Source: a virus. Taken from it: a DNA stretch of 5,461 nt. Positions 1 to 5,332 of the stretch are shown piece after piece (positions within the stretch are counted from its first letter, which is position 1; every line of letters begins with the position of its first letter). The notes beneath the pieces were generated by a model. That model made no database searches. It was not told where the DNA came from and saw only the letters and a list, made by a program, of their open reading frames with translations. The stretch lies in the IMG/VR virus record IMGVR_UViG_3300010288_000109; one strand, 5' to 3'. Both the position numbers and the translations under genes were made by a program.

Positions 1-123
1 AACCCGTCGTGGGTTGTCACCGGAGCGAAAGATGATCAAAGTCGAAATCGAGTCCTCGGAAGTCCGCGAATACTCTGGCCATTCGAAGTCCACGGGTAAA
101 GCGTACCATCTCCGCATTCAGAG
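1..123. repeat. Left copy of the exact 123-nt terminal direct repeat (identical to 5339-5461).
   Basis: A base-by-base comparison of 1-123 with 5339-5461 found no mismatch. The repeat runs to the window end, so its true extent is unknown. Confidence 0.95.
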
Positions 124-322
124 TGGGTATGCGTTCATCGTCGGGTCGGACGGTAAACCAGCTAAGTATCCCGAGCGGTTCGAGTTCATCCTCGATGCTG
201 ACCAAGCCCCCTACCCGGCTGGTCTGTACCAGCTGCACCCCTCCGCCATTCGTGTCCGCGATGGCCGTCTGACCCTCGCGGCGGTGGCCCTCGCTCCGGT
301 CAAGCAAGCTGCCACGGCGTGA
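32..322 (+). CDS. ssDNA-binding protein, gene V / Pf3-SSB-like (96 aa).
   Basis: ATG at 32 follows GGAG (22-25) with a 6-nt spacer; the track's TTG at 14 has no RBS. The size and pattern (MIKVEI..., an alternating beta-like pattern, YPAGLYQL near the C-terminal third) resemble my recollection of the 78-aa Pf3 SSB (MNIQITF...IPAGSYQV...). It lies directly downstream of the best promoter. Confidence 0.7.
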   Translation: MIKVEIESSEVREYSGHSKSTGKAYHLRIQSGYAFIVGSDGKPAKYPERFEFILDADQAPYPAGLYQLHPSAIRVRDGRLTLAAVALAPVKQAATA

Positions 323-332
323 GGGGTGCCCC

Positions 333-554
333 ATGTCCGCGCCCAAGCGTGAGGAATGGACGGATGCCCAAAGCGCTGCCGTCTCCGCGCTGCTCGGCAT
401 CCTCCTTCGGGCTGATGCGCAGCAGATCGCCGACGACACCCCGGGCGGCGCCTCGATGGTTACCTATCGTGTTGCCCCTGAGGGGCAGCGTCTTGTCGTG
501 GAAGTGACCGTTCACGGCGCGGGTGGTGTACCCGTCGCCGGGTTCACCCTGTGA
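333..554 (+). CDS. Hypothetical 73-aa protein with no recognisable motif.
   Basis: ATG at 333 follows GAGGGG (321-326). Third-codon positions are GC-rich, like the neighbouring genes. It fills the gap between SSB and Rep exactly. The competing frame (319-507) is Arg/Pro/Ser-rich junk. Confidence 0.55.
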   Translation: MSAPKREEWTDAQSAAVSALLGILLRADAQQIADDTPGGASMVTYRVAPEGQRLVVEVTVHGAGGVPVAGFTL

Positions 555-563
555 GTAGTTTCC

Positions 564-1451
564 ATGGTCGGTCAATCCCATGTCGAGCATGGGCAGGCGG
601 CCAACACGGCCGCCGCGCACGCGCGCAGCGCGGGCGCAGAGGCCGGGGCGGCCGGCGGGCTTGTCTCATCAGAAACAAGTGTCCGCGATGGTCTCGTACC
701 CGAATCGTGGATTCCCGTTACGTCTGACCCTGTTCGCATCCGCGAGAGGCGCGTGAAGCGTCTCCGGCGCAACGTCTGGGCTGCGGGCCGTCTCCTCAAG
801 CTCTCTGCCCCTCGTGATCGTGTCCTTTTTGTCACGCTCACCTACGACACCAGGGGTACCCTCGGTCGTGGTGCCCATGACTGGCAACCCCGGCATCTTC
901 CGGACGCCATGAAGCGCTATCGTCGGTGGGCAAAGGGTCTAGGCATTCCGGTTCGTTACGTCTGGGTTGCTGAACTTCAGCAGTCCGGGACGATGCATTA
1001 CCACATCGCGCTTTGGGTGCCGCGCCACGTGACCATGCCCAAGTGGGATAAGGCCGGTCCCGGTCGTGGCCCTTTCTGGCCTCACGGCATGACCCGTACG
1101 GAAGTCGCCCGCGATTGCGTCGGCTACTTGATGAAGTACATGTCTAAGGTCGGCGGTTATCATGTATATCCTAAGGGCGCTCGAATCTACGGCATCGGCG
1201 GCGTGGATCGTGTTTTCGCCCCCATTCGCTCATGGCTCAACCTCCCCGAGTGGTGCAAGGCCCTCCACGGCGTCGGTGAAGTCGTCACCCGGTTCGGTCG
1301 TCGTGTGGTGCGCGAAACGGGCGAGATACTCGCGTCCCCGTGGCGACGGGTGTTCCATCGAGGCCGAATGTTCTTGTGCCCCGTTGGTCCGCTTCCTCAA
1401 CGATGGGCGGACGGGCCGTTTTCCTCCTGGAGCAGCGTGACCCATGCGTGA
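564..1451 (+). CDS. Rolling-circle replication initiator, HUH endonuclease superfamily (up to 295 aa; start uncertain).
   Basis: Motif I is VLFVTLTY (822-845). The HUH motif is MHYHIAL (H-Y-H at 996-1004). The two-tyrosine motif YLMKY has Tyr codons at 1125-1127 and 1137-1139. There is no SD before ATG 564. An alternative in-frame GTG at 753 follows GAGAGG (744-749). Confidence 0.85.
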   Translation: MVGQSHVEHGQAANTAAAHARSAGAEAGAAGGLVSSETSVRDGLVPESWIPVTSDPVRIRERRVKRLRRNVWAAGRLLKLSAPRDRVLFVTLTYDTRGTLGRGAHDWQPRHLPDAMKRYRRWAKGLGIPVRYVWVAELQQSGTMHYHIALWVPRHVTMPKWDKAGPGRGPFWPHGMTRTEVARDCVGYLMKYMSKVGGYHVYPKGARIYGIGGVDRVFAPIRSWLNLPEWCKALHGVGEVVTRFGRRVVRETGEILASPWRRVFHRGRMFLCPVGPLPQRWADGPFSSWSSVTHA

Positions 1452-1779
1452 ACTGCTTGGCGTCCTGCCCCTCCTCCTCGGCTATTTCTCGGCGTCCCAT
1501 GCCGATGCGCTGCCCGATGGCCCACCCCCCGCGCGTCTCCCTGACGGTCGCGTCCTCGTGTGGCTCGCTGATCGCGCGGCGTGGGTTCCTCTCGATCGGG
1601 TCCCCAAGATGACGTCGTACGACCAAATCCCGCCAGTCGCCCCCGCGATTCTCGATGGTGCCCGCGTTCTCGACCGGTTTCTGGCGGAAAAGCTCCGCCC
1701 GTCCCTCCCCTGCTCCGTCGACCCCCATCCGGCCCTCATCGGCTCGGGCCATGTCAACAGGATCGTTTGCGGTGATTGA
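1444..1779 (+). CDS. Predicted secreted protein of unknown function (111 aa; Sec signal peptide MRELLGVLPLLLGYFSASHA then DALP).
   Basis: The ATG overlaps the Rep stop by 8 nt (ATGCGTGA). There is strong GC3 bias in this frame. The n-h-c signal-peptide architecture has S-H-A at positions -3 to -1. The mature part is Pro-rich with 2 Cys. Confidence 0.6.
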   Translation: MRELLGVLPLLLGYFSASHADALPDGPPPARLPDGRVLVWLADRAAWVPLDRVPKMTSYDQIPPVAPAILDGARVLDRFLAEKLRPSLPCSVDPHPALIGSGHVNRIVCGD

Positions 1780-1861
1780 CTCGTCTGTCTCCCTCGCCAT
1801 CGTCGCCGGTATCGGCGTCCTCGTGTTCGCTGCCGGGTACTTCGTCGGCTTGAGGATGTGA
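1772..1861 (+). CDS. Small hydrophobic single-TM protein, candidate minor coat protein (pVII/pIX-like). It is 29 aa from GTG 1772, or 36 aa from ATG 1751.
   Basis: The hydrophobic core is SLAIVAGIGVLVFAAGYFVGL. GTG 1772 overlaps the upstream stop by 8 nt (GTGATTGA), the same geometry as the Rep/ORF111 junction, and has AGGA 9 nt upstream. The track's longer ORF from 1655 has an Arg/Pro/Ser-rich N-terminus that is unlikely to be real. Confidence 0.5.
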   Translation: MIDSSVSLAIVAGIGVLVFAAGYFVGLRM

Positions 1862-1863
1862 TC

Positions 1864-1977
1864 ATGGATTGGTCCGAACTAGCGTCCTATGTCGCCGCCT
1901 ATATGGGTGTTTTCGCCGGTGGTTTCGTCGCCGGTGTCGGCCATGCCTGGGTCCGGCGCATCCTGTCGGCGGTCTGA
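1864..1977 (+). CDS. Small hydrophobic protein of 37 aa (MDWSELASYVAAYMGVFAGGFVAGVGHAWVRRILSAV), candidate minor coat protein (pIX/pVII-like). It is not in the supplied ORF track.
   Basis: This was translated by hand. ATG 1864 follows GAGGA (1852-1856) with a 7-nt spacer and starts 2 nt after the previous stop. The layout is an acidic N-terminus, one hydrophobic helix and a basic tail, sitting immediately upstream of the major coat gene as in Ff. Confidence 0.55.
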   Translation: MDWSELASYVAAYMGVFAGGFVAGVGHAWVRRILSAV

Positions 1978-1980
1978 TTC

Positions 1981-2024
1981 CGGGGATTGTCCCCGTACCG
2001 TTGCCGGTCGGCTACCGGCGTTTT
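1981..2024 (+). promoter_or_regulatory. Two adjacent hairpins in the 61-nt gap before the major coat gene. The second is followed by G-TTTT, so it may be a weak attenuator or an RNA processing/stability element.
   Basis: Hairpin 1 is CGGGGA-TTG-TCCCCG (1981-1995). Hairpin 2 is GCCGGT-CGGCT-ACCGGC (2003-2019), followed by TTTT at 2021-2024. Confidence 0.3.
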
Positions 2025-2038
2025 CCTTGGAGAGTGTC

Positions 2039-2290
2039 ATGAAATTCAACATGCAGTCGGTTCGTGATTTCGTCAATCGCAAGGCTCCGGCGCTGGTGCC
2101 GGTCGCCCTCCTCGGCGTCGGTTCGGCGCACGCGCAGAGTGGTGGCGGTTCGTCGGCGTTCACGCAAGCGGTGACGCAAGCTTCTGCCGACATCGCGACC
2201 TATGGGGCGGCCCTCGTCGGTGTGGCCGCTGTTGGCGTCGTGTTCATGGTGGCTATCAAGTACGTCAAGAAAATTCGCGGCGCGGCTTGA
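2039..2290 (+). CDS. Major coat protein, pVIII-like (83-aa precursor; predicted 32-aa signal peptide and 51-aa mature protein).
   Basis: GGAGAG (2029-2034) lies 4 nt before ATG 2039. The likely cleavage is AHA then QS. The mature protein has a polar N-terminus, a hydrophobic core (YGAALVGVAAVGVVFMVAI) and a basic C-terminus (KYVKKIRGAA), which is the classic inovirus coat layout. Confidence 0.85.
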   Translation: MKFNMQSVRDFVNRKAPALVPVALLGVGSAHAQSGGGSSAFTQAVTQASADIATYGAALVGVAAVGVVFMVAIKYVKKIRGAA

Positions 2291-2302
2291 TCGGTGGCGT
2301 CC

Positions 2303-3850
2303 ATGCGGTTCGTGCGTAGCTTTCTGCTCGTCGCGGCCTGCATGGCCGCTGCTGTTTCTCATGCTGCCCTGCGATGGCAGGGCGGCATCGATCAGGCGTC
2401 ACAGGGTGCTGCGGCGTATATCACGTCTCCGCAGGGACGGGTCGCCGGTCTTTTGTACTCTTTAGATCCGGTCGCGACCGGCTGGAGGCTCAATCGTCAA
2501 ACGGGCACGCTCGTGCAACTGCCGTTCCCGTTTCAAGGGGGATATGCGCCACTCCGTCCGGCGTCGGCGTATGGTATCAATTCGCCCGGCAAAGCGGCTG
2601 TCATCGATGTTCCTACTCGCATTACCGTCCCGGGTTCGTCGGCGACTCTTCCGGCTAGAATTATTGAACCTGTTGACCGTTCGACGTTGACCCGCATAAT
2701 TCCTAAAGCGGCGTCAAAATTGGCGCCTCTTATTCCGGTTATTGGTACGGGTTTTCTCATTTACGACGTTCTTCGTGATGTTGGTGTTGAGGTTACGCCA
2801 GACGGTAAATTCAAGGAAACTAGACAACCGTCGCAATATGTTTACGATCCAAACAATACTAGCCCACCGCATGAGACAACTAATCCTCCGCTCAATACAA
2901 TAATTCGTTATCAAAATTACTATTATCTAAGGGTTGCATATAGTCCAGTGGATTGTCCGGAGGGTCGCCCTCCTCCGCCGTGGGAACTCTGGATTGGCTA
3001 TTACCCCAACACTTCTCCGTGCCCAGGCGGTTGGTCGGCGATTTTTCGCGCTCCAGTTTCGTCGTTTACACCGCCGTCCTCGTCCGTTATCGTTCTAACG
3101 GAAAATCAAGTGATTGATAGATTGGCGAATATTCCAGATTCTGGCCTTATTGACGCTGTAAATCAATTACCTGATCATTCCGACGTTATTGACGTTATCG
3201 CGCGTGAGATCAAAGACGATTCGGAAGATGATCGGCTGATGTGGCCCTCGCCGGTCGGCGTGACACCGCCTTCGACAATCGTTGTCGGCGAACCCCGCAC
3301 CTCAACGGAAACCCTCCCGGATGGGTCGCGTCGCATCACGACGATTACCGATACGGCCACTATCACAGACGATATCGTCCAGTTCAACCGAAAAACCGAA
3401 GTCGTCACACAAGATTCGACCGGCCAGCCGACAGGGACGTCGCAGACGGTCAGCCCGGTCACGAATCCCGTCGACGCGAGTACTCCTCCGCAAACAGGCG
3501 AAGATATCGAGTGCGGTTTGCCCGGTTATCCTCCTTGCAAAATTGACGAAACAGGCACCCCGCCCCCGCCACCGGATGATGGGGAGGACAAGTTCAAGTC
3601 CGTTCTCCCGAACTGTCTTAGACAGGACTGGCGAAGCTGTTTCCCGCAACTCCCGGATATCAATTGGTCGTTCTCGTTGCCGTCCAGCTGCGGTCCGATT
3701 CCGGTTCCGTTCGGGAAGTACGGGTTCAGCGAGGTCAACATCTGCCCGTGGCAAGGTATGATTCACGATATCATGTCCATGTTGTGGGCGGCTGCGGGAT
3801 TATTTGGTGCTATCGGTATTCTGTCTGGACGCCGAAACTCTGAGGTCTAA
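2303..3850 (+). CDS. Adsorption / minor coat protein, pIII-like (515 aa).
   Basis: The signal peptide is MRFVRSFLLVAACMAAAVSHA. It is the largest ORF and sits directly after the coat gene. There is a Pro-rich linker (TGTPPPPPDDGED, about 3551-3589). The Cys-rich C-terminal domain has 6 Cys. The C-terminal anchor is MLWAAAGLFGAIGILSG followed by RR. Confidence 0.75.
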   Translation: MRFVRSFLLVAACMAAAVSHAALRWQGGIDQASQGAAAYITSPQGRVAGLLYSLDPVATGWRLNRQTGTLVQLPFPFQGGYAPLRPASAYGINSPGKAAVIDVPTRITVPGSSATLPARIIEPVDRSTLTRIIPKAASKLAPLIPVIGTGFLIYDVLRDVGVEVTPDGKFKETRQPSQYVYDPNNTSPPHETTNPPLNTIIRYQNYYYLRVAYSPVDCPEGRPPPPWELWIGYYPNTSPCPGGWSAIFRAPVSSFTPPSSSVIVLTENQVIDRLANIPDSGLIDAVNQLPDHSDVIDVIAREIKDDSEDDRLMWPSPVGVTPPSTIVVGEPRTSTETLPDGSRRITTITDTATITDDIVQFNRKTEVVTQDSTGQPTGTSQTVSPVTNPVDASTPPQTGEDIECGLPGYPPCKIDETGTPPPPPDDGEDKFKSVLPNCLRQDWRSCFPQLPDINWSFSLPSSCGPIPVPFGKYGFSEVNICPWQGMIHDIMSMLWAAAGLFGAIGILSGRRNSEV

Positions 3851-3853
3851 AAA

Positions 3854-4171
3854 ATGCCAGCCCTTGCTGCTTTGCTTGTCGGGTGGTTCACTCGGTTCTT
3901 CTCGTTTCTCGTCGCAGAGGTCGGCTTCAAGTGGGCAATTCGTATTACGATTGTTGCGGCAGTTGCGGCGGTTTACGTTGCCCTTGTGACGTTGTTCAAC
4001 ACGACAATTAGCCCGTTGATTTCGGCGCTGTTCGCCACGTCGTATGGAACCGTGATCGGTCTGGCTTTCCCGCCGATAGCAGGGACGGTCGTTACCGGTT
4101 TGGCGGTCCTCTGGGCGGCCAAAATTGGGTATTCGTACCTTGAGCGTATGGCGTCGTTGATCGTTGGGTGA
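3854..4171 (+). CDS. pVI-like small polytopic membrane protein (105 aa).
   Basis: GAGG (3841-3844) precedes ATG 3854. There are about three hydrophobic segments. It occupies the conserved position between the pIII-like and pI/Zot genes. Confidence 0.7.
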   Translation: MPALAALLVGWFTRFFSFLVAEVGFKWAIRITIVAAVAAVYVALVTLFNTTISPLISALFATSYGTVIGLAFPPIAGTVVTGLAVLWAAKIGYSYLERMASLIVG

Positions 4172-4174
4172 GTT

Positions 4175-4987
4175 ATGCCGATTTTTAGCGTGGAAGGAAA
4201 GCTTGGCACAGGCAAGACGAAGTTCGCGGTCTGGCAGGCCAAGCGCGCGTTGCTGCAAGGCCGTCGCGTCGCGTCGAACGTGGACCTGTACCTAGACAAG
4301 CTCGTCCCCCATAAGTCGGTGCATTACGTGCGTATTCCCGACAAACCCACGGCGGCTGATCTCGAGGCGGTAGGGCACGGTAACCCTGATAGCTACGATG
4401 AAGAACGTAATGGCGTCATGATCTTAGATGAATTGGGGACGTGGCTAAATGCCCGATCATTCCAAGACAAAGGCAGGGCGGCAATTCTCGATTGGCTCAT
4501 CCATGCCCGCAAACTCGGATGGGACGTGTACCTAATCGTTCAGGATTCCGGCATGATCGACAAACAGGTACGAGAGGCCCTCATCGAGTACCGCGTCAAG
4601 ATGTTCCGGGGCGACAAGATCAAAATCCCGGGCGTCGGCGGCATCCTCAATGACATGTTCGGTGGCCGCGTCGGCTACCTTCCCCGGTTTCATCTCGCGG
4701 TCGCGCGTGTCGGTGATGGCGTCAATTCCGTCGTCGCTGAACGCTGGATGTTTCGCGGTGACGATCTCCATGCGGCCTACGACACCCGCCAGGTGTTCAG
4801 GCCAGACTATCCGCACGGGTCTCATTCGGTGTGGTCGGCGGGGTTGCCTAAAAAACCGACTCTATTGGACCGCGTTGTCCAGGCGACAAAGGCGGTGTTC
4901 AAGCCGTCTCCACGATATAGACCTGTAACGATGTACTGGACGCCGACGCCACGTAACAAAATGCTATCACGTAGCGCGATGCGGTAG
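4175..4987 (+). CDS. Assembly ATPase, pI / Zot family (270 aa), apparently lacking the usual transmembrane and periplasmic C-terminal regions.
   Basis: Walker A is GKLGTGKT (4196-4219) and Walker B is VMILDE (4415-4432). From memory, blocks shared with Ff gene I protein include RIPDKP, DSYDE, LDE-GTW, HARKLGWD, VQD, DKQ and AYDT. No hydrophobic segment follows the ATPase domain. Confidence 0.85.
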   Translation: MPIFSVEGKLGTGKTKFAVWQAKRALLQGRRVASNVDLYLDKLVPHKSVHYVRIPDKPTAADLEAVGHGNPDSYDEERNGVMILDELGTWLNARSFQDKGRAAILDWLIHARKLGWDVYLIVQDSGMIDKQVREALIEYRVKMFRGDKIKIPGVGGILNDMFGGRVGYLPRFHLAVARVGDGVNSVVAERWMFRGDDLHAAYDTRQVFRPDYPHGSHSVWSAGLPKKPTLLDRVVQATKAVFKPSPRYRPVTMYWTPTPRNKMLSRSAMR

Positions 4988-5212
4988 AAATATTTTTTGG
5001 CACTCGTTTCGATGCGGTCATCGAATATCAGCATCCTCGGCGTCGCGCCGTCTTGATCCCGTCCGCGGAATCCATCTAGTCCCCCGATGTTCTCCTCGAC
5101 CTTTGTTCTCGCGTGCCAACAATGCAGGCGGTCCCCGGCGCGGCGCCGTCCGCGCCCGGAGCGCGTCGCAGGTCCGTACCGCGTGTGGTAGCGTCGTTGA
5201 CGGCTTGCTGTA

Positions 5213-5237
5213 GCGCGTCCCGATCCGGTGGACGCGC
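5213..5237 (+). other. Strongest intergenic hairpin: 8-bp GC stem GCGCGTCC / GGACGCGC with a 9-nt loop (CGATCCGGT).
   Basis: The perfect inverted repeat was read directly from the sequence. It is immediately followed by the G-rich tract. Confidence 0.6.
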
Positions 5238-5303
5238 GGAGGGGGACCGGGGGGGATACCGTGCGCCTGTATGACCGCGACTACTACCCAGCGGTTCAGG
5301 CTC

Positions 5304-5332
5304 TTGCATTGGAAACTCGCCTAGGGTATATT
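5304..5332 (+). promoter_or_regulatory. Sigma70-like promoter driving the SSB-first operon.
   Basis: The -35 is TTGCAT (5304-5309), followed by a 17-nt spacer and the -10 TATATT (5327-5332). It lies about 38 nt upstream of the SSB ATG (5370, equivalent to 32). Confidence 0.5.

Noticed and set aside
14-31. A TTG start at 14 extending the SSB ORF by 6 codons (MSPERK).
   Set aside because: The GGAG at 22-25 would then lie inside the ORF, yet it is perfectly placed for ATG 32. The start MIKVEI... matches the N-termini of short phage SSBs.
17-439. A 140-aa minus-strand ORF, together with other long antisense ORFs at 300-620, 572-841, 1285-1800, 1482-1865, 1879-2193, 2012-2362, 3302-3766 and 3800-4258.
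   Set aside because: All lie antisense to well-supported + strand genes. Their products are Arg/Gly/Pro/Ser-rich and low-complexity, as expected from GC-rich DNA. None has an RBS or a recognisable motif. Inovirus structural and replication genes are normally co-oriented.
1889-2038. A 50-codon N-terminal extension of the major coat ORF (133-aa version), and the 1655 start of the 68-aa ORF.
   Set aside because: The extensions are Ser/Pro/Arg-rich, overlap the hand-found 37-aa gene and the two hairpins, and lack an RBS. ATG 2039 has GGAGAG upstream and gives a standard signal peptide.
2693-2700. CGCATAAT, which resembles the XerC arm of a dif site and so might be a phage attP for XerCD integration.
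   Set aside because: The downstream sequence (TCCTAAAGCGGCGTCA) has no XerD-arm TTATG(T/G)-like match, and the site lies inside the coding sequence. A single 8-mer is not significant.
3182-3199. The tandem 9-nt repeat GACGTTAT(T/C) x2 (encoding DVIDVI), and the GTTGACC direct repeat at 2672-2692 inside the pIII-like gene.
   Set aside because: These are very short, in-frame and in coding sequence. They are most simply explained by local amino-acid repetition or chance, and nothing suggests a regulatory role.
4822-5034. A 70-aa minus-strand ORF overlapping the 3' end of pI and the start of the intergenic region, considered as a possible divergent repressor gene.
   Set aside because: It has no HTH-like segment and no convincing promoter or RBS on the minus strand, and it mostly overlaps the pI coding sequence. 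I kept it in mind only because this AT-richer region is compositionally odd.
4985-5053. Stop-codon readthrough, or frameshifting on the T6 run (4993-4998), to extend pI with a membrane anchor.
   Set aside because: The T-run lies after the stop codon. Readthrough adds only 22 residues (KYFLALVSMRSSNISILGVAPS), interrupted by polar residues, which is not a TM helix. The other frames are non-hydrophobic.
5060-5225. Recurrent GTCC(G/C) pentamers (about five in 170 nt), considered as possible iterons.
   Set aside because: The motif is too short and degenerate, and spacing is irregular. At this GC content the recurrence is plausibly chance.
5076-5309. A 77-aa minus-strand ORF and a 69-aa + strand ORF (5228-5437) in the intergenic region.
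   Set aside because: Both are Arg/Pro/Gly-rich translations of hairpin-rich GC DNA. The + ORF starts at a GTG, runs through the promoter and is out of frame with the SSB gene.
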